Shown one piece after another: positions 48,745 to 59,300 of a DNA stretch of 64,000 nt. The first letter of the stretch is position 1. Each line of letters begins with the position of its first letter. The notes beneath the pieces are model-generated. The model searched no databases. It saw nothing but the letters and a program-made list of their open reading frames with translations, and was not told where the DNA came from. Source of the stretch: Squalus acanthias (Eukaryota); the NCBI GenBank assembly GCA_030390025.1, contig CM059435.1, positions 72,292,001-72,356,000 on the forward strand. The letters run 5' to 3'. The position numbers were made by a program, and so were the translations under genes.

Positions 48745-48755
48745 TTTAATCAACT
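48745..48755 (+). other. Non-tRNA primer-binding site candidate (self-complementary to the LTR)
   Basis: tttaatcaact is the exact reverse complement of agttgattaaa at 48690-48700; no TGG follows the LTR directly. Confidence 0.6.
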
Positions 48756-48821
48756 TTGGAAAACTTCGCACTCAAACTTTTTGGACGAACTCGGAACTAA
48801 GGATCCAGGGAATCACCCATC

Positions 48822-51254
48822 ATGGAAAACATCCTTAAACCATCGCGTCTTGACTTGGACCCAAACACCCCAGCAGCCGGTAAGGTGTGGAAACACTGGT
48901 ATCGCACGTTTGACAATTTTCTTGAATATTGCAAGGCTGATGATGACTCAAAGTTGTGGATACTCATCAACTGTGTCACCCCGAATGTATTTCAGTATGT
49001 GGAGGAATGGGGCAGTTACGAGGAGGCAATTCGGACGCTTAAGAGACTATATACTAAGACACCGAATGAGGTCTATGCCAGACATCTACTAGCTACAGCC
49101 CAACAAGGGCCGGAGGAATCCATTGATAAATTCCTCCAAGAGCTTCGCAGACTTAGTATGGACTGTAACTTTCAGGCGGCCTCAGCTGAGCTGTACCGTG
49201 AAGAAATGATCCGTGATGCTTTCATCTGCGGGCTTGCCTCCCCATTTATACGCCAGCGTCTACTGGAAAGTAAGACACTTGAGCTTCAGAGAGCTTATGA
49301 CATGGCTTGCTCTCTAGATCTGGCAAAAAGAAATGCAGACCTTTATACAGTGCCCAGACCTCGGTCTACTGCCTTAACTACAGTCAGGCAATTTAAGAGG
49401 CCACAGGTGAACTCTATTAGGGAGGACTTTATCCCTGATGATCAATCTGATGACTTCACTGATGAAGAGGATGATGACCCCACTGTGGCAGCCTCTTGGC
49501 AATCTAAGAAATGCTTCTTTTGTGGTGATGAGTTTCACCCTCGGAAATTCTGTCCTGCTCGCAATGCGTTTTGCAGTCATTGCAACAAAAAGGGTCATTT
49601 TGCAAAGGTTTGCCTATCAAGAGCCTCTACGAGGGCTTATCAAGCTAAGTCCTACCGAACTGTAAGGGCCTATCAAGATGTTCCAGCTAAAATCTATCGT
49701 GCTTCCTCTCGGGTTTCCTCTCGAAGAAACACACCTAGAGTTTCAGCCACTCTTTGTGCAACGACACCAATTACAGCTGCTTGTCCTCAGAACCTATTCC
49801 ATGCAGCTACGAAAGCATCAATTAATGGACATACTTTAGATGCCTTAATTGACTCAGGTAGCACTGATAGTTTCATTAGGGAACAGATTGTTGCAGAGTT
49901 AAAGCTACATGTTTTCCCATCGGACCAGGCAGTTGCGATGGCTCAGTCATCACTTAATACCAGAATTTCTGGCTTTTGTATGGTTGAAATAACACTTAAT
50001 GGTCACAGGTATCCCTCCACCCAGCTTTCGGTGCTCAAGGACTTATGTAGTGATCTTATCTTAGGGCTGGATTTTCAAAAGCAGCATAAGAAGCTCACCA
50101 TTGAGTTCGGCGGATCCAAACCTGAACTCACTATTTCTAATATACTACCTCGATTACCGTTCTGTGCATTGTCAGCAGCTTCACTGGATGAACCCTCACT
50201 GTTTACCAGTATCCCTCCTCGATGCAAACCGATTATAACAAAGTCACGACGTTTCAGTCAGGAAGACCAGTCTTTTATTGCGGCTGAGATTTCTCGGCTT
50301 TTAGCAGAGGATATCATCGAGCCTTGTTCGTCGCCATGGCGCGCCCAGGTCGTTATTGTTAAGAACCCTCTACAACCTCACAAGAAACGGCTGTGCATTG
50401 ACTATTCACAGACCATCAATCAATATACGGACTTGGACGCATACCCATTGCCGCGCATCGATGATATGGTTAATAAACTGGCTGAGTACACGGTGTTCTC
50501 AACATATGATCTGAAAAGTGCCTATCATCAGGTACCCTTGAAGGTCTCAGACAAGCAGTATACGGCCTTTGAAGCCAATGGACGGCTGTATCAATTTCGT
50601 CGCCTCCCCTTTGGGGTCACTAATGGAGTGGCTGTCTTCCAGCGAGCAATGGATGACCTGGTCAAACAGGAAGACTTGAAGGATACGTTTCCTTATCTGG
50701 ACAATATTACTGTCGCAGGTCGCAATCAGCGGGAACATGACGCCAATCTCCAACGATTTTGGGATGCACTCCAGCACCGTAATTTGACATTAAATGCGGC
50801 TAAATCCATTGAGTCACAACCAACCATCAACATCCTTGGCTATTGTGTGGGCAATGGCATCATTAAACCTGACCCTGAAAGGCTTCGCCCACTCCAAGAA
50901 CTCCCGCCACCTAAGAATCCGGCCTCCTTGCGCCGGGCCCTCGGCCTGTTTGCATACTATGCTAAATGGATTCCTAACTTCTCGGACCGAATCCAACCTC
51001 TACTGAAGGCCAGCACATTCCCACTAGACACAGCAGCTGTTGCAGCCTTTAACCTCCTGAAAAAACAGTTGGAGAAAGCGGCTCTTCACTCCATCGATGA
51101 GAGTCTTCCTTTTGTTGTTGAGTGTGATGCCTCGGAGGTGGCGATCTCGGCCACTCTGAATCAGGAAGGTCGTCCGGTGGCATTTTTGTCAGGACTTTTC
51201 AAGGGGCTGAGCTACATTATCCTCCAGTCGAGAAAGAAGCTACAGCCATCATAG
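48822..51254 (+). CDS. Gag-Pol N-terminal part (Gag, two CCHC knuckles, protease, RT, start of RNase H)
   Basis: CFFCGDEFHPRKFC and CSHCNKKGHFAKVC; LIDSGS protease; RLCIDY, YDLKSAYHQ, LPFGV, PYLDN; VECDASE. Goes out of frame near 51190. Confidence 0.95.
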   Translation: MENILKPSRLDLDPNTPAAGKVWKHWYRTFDNFLEYCKADDDSKLWILINCVTPNVFQYVEEWGSYEEAIRTLKRLYTKTPNEVYARHLLATAQQGPEESIDKFLQELRRLSMDCNFQAASAELYREEMIRDAFICGLASPFIRQRLLESKTLELQRAYDMACSLDLAKRNADLYTVPRPRSTALTTVRQFKRPQVNSIREDFIPDDQSDDFTDEEDDDPTVAASWQSKKCFFCGDEFHPRKFCPARNAFCSHCNKKGHFAKVCLSRASTRAYQAKSYRTVRAYQDVPAKIYRASSRVSSRRNTPRVSATLCATTPITAACPQNLFHAATKASINGHTLDALIDSGSTDSFIREQIVAELKLHVFPSDQAVAMAQSSLNTRISGFCMVEITLNGHRYPSTQLSVLKDLCSDLILGLDFQKQHKKLTIEFGGSKPELTISNILPRLPFCALSAASLDEPSLFTSIPPRCKPIITKSRRFSQEDQSFIAAEISRLLAEDIIEPCSSPWRAQVVIVKNPLQPHKKRLCIDYSQTINQYTDLDAYPLPRIDDMVNKLAEYTVFSTYDLKSAYHQVPLKVSDKQYTAFEANGRLYQFRRLPFGVTNGVAVFQRAMDDLVKQEDLKDTFPYLDNITVAGRNQREHDANLQRFWDALQHRNLTLNAAKSIESQPTINILGYCVGNGIIKPDPERLRPLQELPPPKNPASLRRALGLFAYYAKWIPNFSDRIQPLLKASTFPLDTAAVAAFNLLKKQLEKAALHSIDESLPFVVECDASEVAISATLNQEGRPVAFLSGLFKGLSYIILQSRKKLQPS

Positions 51255-52771
51255 AGGCAGTACGGAAGTGGAGTCATCTCCTAGCTCGCCAGCACTTTAC
51301 CTTAATCACGGACCAGCGATCGGTCGCCTTCATGCTCGATAATCGAAAACGGACCAAAATTAAAAATAATAAAATCCAGCTTTGGCGGCTGGAATTGGCC
51401 TCTTTTGGTTACACCATCCACTATCGACCTGGCAAGGAGAATGTGGCTCCGGATACCCTCACACGAGCATTCTGCTCCGCCATGGCACCCTCTACGCTCG
51501 TAGACATCCATGATGGGTTGTGTCATCTGGGCGTTACTCGCATGCTACACTTCGTGCGGTCCCGAAATCTCCCATTCACTACCGGGGATGTAAAGAAGAT
51601 GTGCTCGGACTGCAGAGTCTGTGCGGAATTGAAACCTCGGTTTTTCCGCCCCTCGGGTGGTATACTCATACATGCGACCCAGCCAATGCAACGGCTTAGC
51701 ATCGATTTTAAGGGGCCGTTGCCCTCTTCAACTCGCAACACTTATCTATTGACCATGGTCGATGAGTATTCCCGTTTTCCGTTTGCCTTTCCCTGCCCCA
51801 ATATGCTGACAACCACGGTTATCAGCTGCCTTGAGCAGGTATTTGCTTTCTGTGGCATGGCATCCTATGTTCATTCGGATCGGGGCCCTTCTTTTATGTC
51901 AGGAGAACTCAAGGCCTATCTCTCGGAACGGGGTATTGCTGCCAGCAAAACGACGCCTTATCATCCGGTCGGGAATGGGCAAGTCGAGCGTTTTAACGCT
52001 ATCATCTGGAATGCAGTACGTCTGGCTTTGAGATCTCGGGGCCTACCCAACCAGCAATGGGAAGCAGTACTTCCAGACGCATTACACTCCACACGGTCCC
52101 TCCTTTCGACCGCCACAAATACGACGCCTCATGAACGGTTCTTCCGATTTCAGCGTCGCTCATCCTATGGGATATCTCTCCCGTCGTGGCTGACTGCACC
52201 GGGACCAGTGCTACTCCGAAGATATGTCCGGGCGTCTAAGAATGACCCCCTGGTAGATGAGGTTGAGCTCACTGACGTCAACCCTACCTACGCCTATATT
52301 CGGTATCCTGACGGTCGGGAATCTACCGTGTCATTGCGGGATCTGGCTCCCTGCCCGCCGAAACATAGAGGGACACCAGGGGATGATATTGTACCAGGCA
52401 CATCTCTGGGCTCGCCAGGTGCCTCTCATCACGATCTGGATCTGACACCGGCTGGTACCTCACTCCAGCGTGCCGACCTGGGGCAAACTGACTATGAGCC
52501 CGTCGGGGCTCGCACGCGCAGCCACGATCCACCCCGTACCGTACGCTCGGAAACGGATCTGCCACAGCCCTGCCCGACACCCGTTCGGGCACCAGTACAC
52601 AGTCAGGATCGTCCTGACCCCTCACAGAGCGGGCTGGATCACTCGGACTCTGGTCCACGGCCCGCGGCGGGTAAACGGGCTAGGGGCCCTCTACCGCTAC
52701 GAGAACCCAAACGGGTGCGGCTCTCCCTCGTCCAGCGGCTACGAAATGGAGGGAGCATCCCGGCCTCCTAA
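51191..52771 (+). CDS. Pol C-terminal part (RNase H and integrase), separated by a 1-nt deletion
   Basis: Frame reads RTFQGAELHYPPVEKEATAIIEAVRKW...TDQRS into ORF 51332-52771; HHCC (HDGLCH...CRVC); D,D,E at SIDFKG, HSDRG, VERFN. Confidence 0.93.
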   Translation, partial: RTFQGAELHYPPVEKEATAIIEAVRKWSHLLARQHFTLITDQRSVAFMLDNRKRTKIKNNKIQLWRLELASFGYTIHYRPGKENVAPDTLTRAFCSAMAPSTLVDIHDGLCHLGVTRMLHFVRSRNLPFTTGDVKKMCSDCRVCAELKPRFFRPSGGILIHATQPMQRLSIDFKGPLPSSTRNTYLLTMVDEYSRFPFAFPCPNMLTTTVISCLEQVFAFCGMASYVHSDRGPSFMSGELKAYLSERGIAASKTTPYHPVGNGQVERFNAIIWNAVRLALRSRGLPNQQWEAVLPDALHSTRSLLSTATNTTPHERFFRFQRRSSYGISLPSWLTAPGPVLLRRYVRASKNDPLVDEVELTDVNPTYAYIRYPDGRESTVSLRDLAPCPPKHRGTPGDDIVPGTSLGSPGASHHDLDLTPAGTSLQRADLGQTDYEPVGARTRSHDPPRTVRSETDLPQPCPTPVRAPVHSQDRPDPSQSGLDHSDSGPRPAAGKRARGPLPLREPKRVRLSLVQRLRNGGSIPAS

Positions 52772-52777
52772 TCTTTT

Positions 52778-52789
52778 GGGGGGGGAGAA
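52778..52789 (+). other. Polypurine tract
   Basis: GGGGGGGGAGAA abutting the 3' LTR, preceded by TTTT. Confidence 0.9.
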
Positions 52790-52983
52790 TGTGGTAACAC
52801 AATACAGCTTCCTGTGACTCGAACTTTATTGCATCACTTCCTGTGATTAGTCCAGGATAAATACTGGACTGATCAGTTGGATCCTGGAGAGGCATAGAGT
52901 AAGACCTCTTTTGTATGTAGCACCTTTTTAGTTGATTAAAGCTTACTTTAAGTTCACCACGTGTAAGGCTCATTCTTACGACA
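52790..52983 (+). repeat. 3' LTR
   Basis: tgtggtaacac...cttacgaca. Confidence 0.97.
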
Positions 52984-53387
52984 GCCCTCTTCTCATAAGG
53001 AGTCAACGATCCACATATGCTGTCTCTGGTTATGCACAAATGTCCCCTGCAAGCAGGTATAATGGGGAAATATGTTGGAATGAAGAATATGAGAGAAGAT
53101 ACCCAAATGCCCAAGCCACCAACCACCTTTATGTGAGCCTGTGAACATGGCACGTTCAGGTACCCTGTGCTGGCATCATACATGGAACTTGTTACTTGCC
53201 ACATTTAAAGGTATGGGAACATTATACAGTGTCCTGGTACAATGTGAGCATGCCTGCACATTTGGAATTACGTGAACAGTTGGCACAATACAGAGTGTTG
53301 TTGCTCTGTGTGATGTTGCATTGAGTTTAGGGTGAAGGGAAGTTAGGGTGAATTGTAAGCTACCATTATCCACATGTCAGCACACTT

Positions 53388-53625
53388 ACTGTGGCAACCT
53401 TGTGCAGCCTAACAACCTTCTTCAGTACTTATTCCCAGGTTGAGGCCAAAGGTGAGACAGCATTCACTCTGTTTGCCACCTCCATGCTCTAGGCTATTCT
53501 TTAGTACATCATGATCCTCATCTCCAAAAAGAGCCATTCTACTTCAAAGAGCCTCCTGTAGCAGGAATGCCAAAGAAGTGTCACTGAATGGTACAGTTCT
53601 CAGATTGTTTTCCTTCAGCTATTTT
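53388..53625 (-). pseudogene. Myb/SANT-like exon relic of an old Harbinger
   Basis: RTVPFSDTSLAFLLQEAL*SRMALFG ... MEVANRVNAVSPLASTWE*VLKKVVRLHKVAT then gtaagt. Confidence 0.65.
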
Positions 53626-53853
53626 TTTTTACCTTGGGTTGCAGGATAGCCCTTGAAGAACAGTGGTACGTTGAGAGGTCATTATTAGCGCTGATATGTT
53701 TGCTACATCTAGCACACAGAGGGAGTATTCACCCACATCTCTCATTTTATTTTAATTTTTTTGCCCTTTTATACCATCCTGGGGTAGAGTTCCACTGTTG
53801 TCAGTAGCCATCTGATACCTCCTCAAATGGCCATTGTTTGTGAACATAGACAA

Positions 53854-54102
53854 TGTCAGTGTGAAGCGGGGCGCACGTTGGCTGTACGTGCGTGGTGTCT
53901 GAGTCATGGTCATATGATTCATTAGGTGATTCGTCAAGTGACTCCTTTGTTCTCCAGTCTCTTTCCTCGGTGTGTGGTCTGGTGAAGCTCCTGCTGTTCC
54001 TGAAACTACTGTAAGTTCACTTATGCTATACGCTTAATAAAATGTTGATACTCTTTCTAACAACTCATGGCTACACCTACTATTTAAAGAGGTATCGACA
54101 CA
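53854..54102 (+). mobile_element. Possible small solo LTR
   Basis: TGTC...GACA(CA) ends, AATAAA near 54037, retained CpGs; TSD imperfect (acaa / acta). Confidence 0.3.
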
Positions 54103-55414
54103 ACTATTTACCCTAAACAGTATCAAGGTTGAGTCTGATTACTGTCCTCAACCAACATCTAAAAGAGACACTTTTCACCAGGAGTCACTGCATGGTAATC
54201 AGGAGTGGAAACCCTGGCAGATATTTCTCCTCTTTGGCCCAGGTCATGTAGAGGAGAATAAAACTCGCTGTATTCTGTCCCAACAATATAACCTCAAACT
54301 ACACCAAAGCGATTTTTACCTTTTCCTACACCAGCCATTCTCTGAGTGAAAATGCAAGTTTATTGCTGAATTAGGATTAGTTTTGAGCTATAGGTCCATG
54401 CCCATAAGGAATCAGATTGAGACTGCACAAACTCATTTCACATAGTACTCTTGAATCCAGCAGAGAGAGGAGATTTTCATCCCAGCAGACTAGTTTGGAA
54501 CTGAACCCAGATCCCACAGGTGAAAGACTAGTGTTTAACACACTGTCCTCTGATTTTTTTGGTTTGCTACTATGCCATGCTTGTTGAAGTTTCTAGGTAT
54601 TTTAGACTTGTTCCTTCTGACTGGGGATTTCTTGGACTAATGTACTACTTGGCCGGTTCTTATGAAGCTGGATCAGGCTCCTAATTACTTTAAGATATCC
54701 CTGTTTCTTGTGTCATCTAGGTACCAATGTGTTGTAAAAATGCAGGGGAGGAATGTCAAAGGCAAACTAGTAATATATAAGCATTCAATATGTGGCATTC
54801 GAAGTCAGCACTATGCAACCTCAGATTAATACTTGCGGCAAAGTGCACAGATACTCATCCTTAGTCATGTAACTGCAAATTATTTATTGAATAATCTATA
54901 ATTTATTTCATTGATCTGTTGTTTAATTAAAGTGATCACATAAATTAAACTGGTAGTGTGATGAGAACAGATCATTGTAGTGACCAATCACGAGCTCTGA
55001 GTCACAGAACTAAGAATTGTCACCATGGGAATAATCTCTGTGACCCTTTTAAAGATTTAATGATAAAATGTTTCAATTATCATTATCATAAAAATGGACA
55101 TGACTTTTTCTAATTATCATCATTATACAATAATGAGCAGGACATGATTTATTCAAAATCATAATTTATTTATGATCCAAAACTCAATTAGGATATCAAA
55201 AAAATCTTGTTCATGATTACTAAAGTAACTATTGTACATTTACAGCAGGGACCTATTTTGCAATTCTCATTTCTCTTGAAAATAAAGGACGGGTTTTAGT
55301 AGATCATTGACCTGAGCTAGCTCAGTAAGGAGCTTTCTGCCAACATAAATTTAATTGAGGGCAGATAGTTAAATGAGAATAGTTAAATGTCCCGCATTAT
55401 TCTTTTATACGGTA

Positions 55415-55685
55415 GCCTGGAGTTCAAATCCCACTATAGCAAGCTGCGAAATACGATTGAATTGAAATGAATTTATGGGTTGACACTAGGGAAAATGGCC
55501 ATGAAAACAGCTAGGTTGTAAAAAAATCCCAACTGGTTCACTAATGTGCAACCTAGTCTGGCCTATATGTGACTCCAGTCCCACACCATGTGGTTGACTC
55601 TTACTGCCCTCAGGGCAAATTGAGATGGTCAAGTAATGCTACTTTGCCAATGTTGCCACATCCCAAGAATAAATAAAAAAAATAA
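55415..55685 (+). mobile_element. Degenerate tRNA-type SINE sharing its 3' tail with LINE family B
   Basis: B-box gagttcaaatccc; tail ctttgccaatgttgccacatcccaagaataaataaaaaa resembles the family B 3' end. Confidence 0.55.
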
Positions 55686-55699
55686 GTCCAGTATCAAAA

Positions 55700-56005
55700 G
55701 ATCCAGGCATTTATATAGCATTATCACAGCTCTCCAGCATCTGAATGCATTTTACCTACAATTAATTATTTTGCAAACCAGTGACTATTGGTATGTAGGC
55801 AAATGTGGCAGCCATTTTGTGCACCACAAGATCCCACAAATGGCAATGAGATGAATGATGAGTTAATCTGTTTTTGGTGATGTTGGTAGAGGGAAGAATA
55901 TTGGGAAGGGCACCAGGAGAACTCGCTGCTCTTCAAATAGTGCTGTGGGATCTTCAGTATCTACCTGAGCTGGCAGGGCCTCTGTTTAGCAATTCATCAG
56001 ATTAC
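55700..56005 (-). mobile_element. Deu-type SINE, degenerate
   Basis: gcatttatatagc...ggcagccattttgtgcac...gctcttcaaatagtgc.gtgggatctt. Confidence 0.7.
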
Positions 56006-56091
56006 ACCAATGCAATCCTGCTTTTCAAATATTTGCCTTTGAACATTTGATGTGTTTGTTAAGGAATTTCAGACAGAGATTTAACAGAAGC

Positions 56092-56750
56092 GGCTGTGGC
56101 TCAGTAATAGCTCTCTCGCCTCTGAGTCAGAAGGTTATGGGTTTAAGTTCCCCTCCAGAGACTTGAGCAGATAATCCAGGCTGATACTCCAGTGCAGTAC
56201 CATGGGAGTGCTGCATTTTGGAAGTGCCGTCTTTCAGATGAGATGAAAGGCCCCATCTGCCCTCTCAGGTGGACATAACAGATTTCATGGCACTATTTGC
56301 AGGAGAGTTCTCCCCGGTGTCCTGGCCAATATTTATCCCTCAACCAAAATCATTGAACAGATTATCTGGTCATTTATTTCATTGCACTTTATGGGAAATA
56401 GTGCCGTGGGAACTTTTACGTCCGCCTGAGAGGGTAGACGGGGCCTTGGTTTAACATCTCATCTGAAAGACGGGTCTCAGTTTGACGTCTCCTCTGAAAG
56501 ACGGCACCTCCAACAATGCAGCACTTCCTCAGTACTGCACTGGAGTGTCAGCCTAGATTTTGTGCTGAAGTCCTGCAGTGGGACTTGATCCCACAGCCTT
56601 CTGACTCAGAGGCGAGAGGCATATTTCTGTGTGCAAATTGGTTGCTGCATTTTCTACATGACAAGTGACTACTCTTCAAAAATACTTCATTGGTTGTAAA
56701 GCGCTTTAGGATATCCTGAGGTCATGAAAAACGTTATATAAATCTTTCAT
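56092..56750 (+). mobile_element. Deu-type SINE containing an inverted copy of the same family (56396-56618)
   Basis: Head and core 56092-56395 on +, antisense head/core 56396-56618, 3' tail resumes at ~56625. Confidence 0.8.
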
Positions 56751-57524
56751 AGAGTCATAAGTCATAGAGTCATAACGGCACAGAAGGAGGCCATTCAGCC
56801 CATTGAGTCCGTGCCGGCATCTTTCAGATTGAAAAGAAACAGGTTAATACAAAATAAGGGACAAAGGAATTTTACATGGACACATTAGAGCCAATTCTGC
56901 ACTCTCGCGCTTCCAGCGAGGAGGTGCTCATGGGAAATTGCGGTTGTGCAGCCTGTGATATTTTCATCCATGAAATCAATTTTGATTCTACCTTTTATTC
57001 AGCTAGAATGTTAGTGGGTAATTTCTGTCTTTGCAGGCAATGAGTGGTACTGGGAAGATTGCACTGAAACACTATTCTTTTCTCTTTAGAAATGAAACAT
57101 GAGTGAGCTAAAAAAAAATACTGGTTATTTATTTATATGAAACTGCATTGCATCCATTCTCAGTAGGAGCTATTTGATGAAAATACTGCCGAGGCTTTAG
57201 TTTCAAGTTTCTGTTCCCCTAAACATGGGAAAGCAATTGTTATATAGCTGATGTAATTAAAAGTAAAGGAGCAATATTGGCCACCTGGCATTAACAATTC
57301 TTCCCAAAGAACATGATTGGTGGAGAAATTCTGCTGAGTATCGTTACAGACTGACAAAAGCAAACACTGTTTATGTTCAGCATTGAAAAATGTTCACAGG
57401 GAAGATTTAGCAAAATTGGGAGTGCATTTATCAAACCCACAGTATGCTCTCGCTGCATCAAGACGATAGAGAATATATTCTCACTTGTCTTGTAGCAAAA
57501 GGGAAATTCTCGTGAGTGAAATCA

Positions 57525-57690
57525 AGAGCAGATGGTAACCTTCAAAAGAGAGTTGGATATATACTTGAAAAGGAAATATTTGCAGGGCTATGGGGCAAGA
57601 GTCGGGGGGGGGGGGGCGGTGCAGTGGGACTACTTGGACAGCTCTTTCAAAGAGTTGGCACAGGACAATGGGTGATTGTCTTCCTTCTCT
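57525..57690 (+). mobile_element. CR1 3' fragment
   Basis: ttcaaaagagagttggatatatacttgaaa...gctctttcaaagag.tggcacagg. Confidence 0.7.
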
Positions 57691-57691
57691 A

Positions 57692-58065
57692 CTGTGGCCC
57701 AGTGGTAGCTCTCTTGCCTCTGAGTCAGAAAGTTGTGGGTTCAAGCCCCACTCCAGGACTTCAGCACATAAATTTAGGCTGACACATCAGTGCAGTACTG
57801 AGGGAGTGCTGCACTGTTGGAGGTGCAATCTTTCAGATGAGATGTCAAACTGAGGCCCCGTAAAAGATCCCAGGACACTATTTTGAAGAAGAGCAGGGGA
57901 GTTCTCCCCGGTGCCCTGGCCAATATTTATCCCTCAACCAACATTGCCTACATGTACTACGTTACAACAGTGACTACACTTCAAACGTACTTCATTGTCT
58001 ATAAAGCGCTTTGGGACATCCTGAGGTTGCGAAAGGCGCTATATAAAGGCAAGTCTTTCTTTTTC
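57692..58065 (+). mobile_element. Near full-length tRNA-headed Deu-type SINE
   Basis: gtggcccagtggtagc...ggttcaagcccc head, Deu core, L2-like end aaaggcgctatataaa plus (tctt)n. Confidence 0.85.
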
Positions 58066-58396
58066 TTTGACTGTTTGATTCTAAGATTCTATTTTTCAGT
58101 GTTTGCCTACTGCCATGTATCAGCGAAACATTGGCATGTTGCCCACAATTTTCTGCCCATTGATTTCAATGGGTGGCAAATTCCGAGCACATCCCCCAAT
58201 TTTCTGATGCGCGCTGGCGATGGGGGAAGTACTTCTCCACAGGAGGGAACTTGGAAAATCTGCCTTGTAAGTGAATTCTCCAATTGTTAAATTGAGCTTC
58301 TTTAGATGTCTTGCCCTGAAACCATTCAGAAAGTTGCAACTCTTTGGCAGTGTCATCAGAACAGAGGCTTCAAAATAATTTCTCTTGAATTCTTTC

Positions 58397-59300
58397 ATAG
58401 AATCATAGAATCTTACAGCACAGAAGGAGGCCATTTGGCCAGTCGTGCCTGTTCCTTTGAAAGAGCTGTCCAATTTAGTCCCACACCCCAACTTTTTCCC
58501 CATAACCCTGTAAATTAGTTCCCTTCAAATACGTGTCCAATTGCCTTTTGAAAGTTCCTATGGAATCTGATTCCACTACCCTTTCAGGTAGTTCATTCCA
58601 GATCTTAACCATCTGTGCAAAGAAATTTCTCCTCAATTCCCCTCTAGTTCTTTTGCCAATTATTTTAAATCCATGACCTCTGGTTACTGATCCACTTGCC
58701 AGAGGAAAATGTTTCTCCCTACTTGCTCTATCAAAACTCCTCATAATTTTGAATACCTCAATTAGGTGTCCCCTTAACCCTCTCTGCTCGAAGGAGAACA
58801 ATCCCAGCTTCTCCAATCTCTTCACATAACTGAAGTCCCTCATCCCCGGTATCATCCTGGTAAACCTCCTCTATACCCTCTCCAAGGCCTTGACATCCTT
58901 CTTAAAGTGTGGTGCCCAGAATTGTGCACAATACTCCAGCTGAGACCTAACCAGTGATTTGTCAAGGTTTAGCATGACTTCCTTGTTTTTGTATTCAGTG
59001 CCCCTATTTACAAAGCCAAGTATCCCATACACTTTCTTAACTGCCTTATCAACTTGCCCTGCCACCTTCAAGGATTTGTGAATATGCACCCCCATATCCC
59101 ACTGCTCTTGCACTCCCCCCTCAAAATATTTAGATTATTCTGCCTCTCCATGTTGTTCCTCCCAGAGTGCATCACTTCACACTTATCCGCATTAAATTGC
59201 ATCTGCCTTGTGTCTGCCCATTTCACCAGTCTGTCTATGTCCTCCTGAAGTCTGCTACTATCCTTCTCACTATTTACTACATTGCCAAGTTTTGTATCAT
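58397..59300 (-). mobile_element. CR1 3' portion
   Basis: ORFs 58475-58855 and 58871-59113 (LEYCAQFWAPH, LGLFSFEQR); catagaatcatagaatc tail. Confidence 0.9.

Larger units (their letters stand above)
48550..52983 (+). mobile_element. Full-length Ty3/Gypsy LTR retrotransposon, 4434 bp
   Basis: Two 194-bp TG...CA LTRs; 5-bp TSD GCCCT (48545-48549, 52984-52988); PR-RT-RH-IN order; polypurine tract present. Confidence 0.98.

Noticed and set aside
51180-51200. Programmed ribosomal frameshift in Gypsy pol
   Set aside because: The shift lies inside RNase H, not at the gag/pol boundary; a 1-nt deletion is the simpler explanation.
52340-52771. env-like or chromodomain extension after integrase
   Set aside because: Pro/Arg-rich low-complexity tail with no hydrophobic segment or chromodomain residues.
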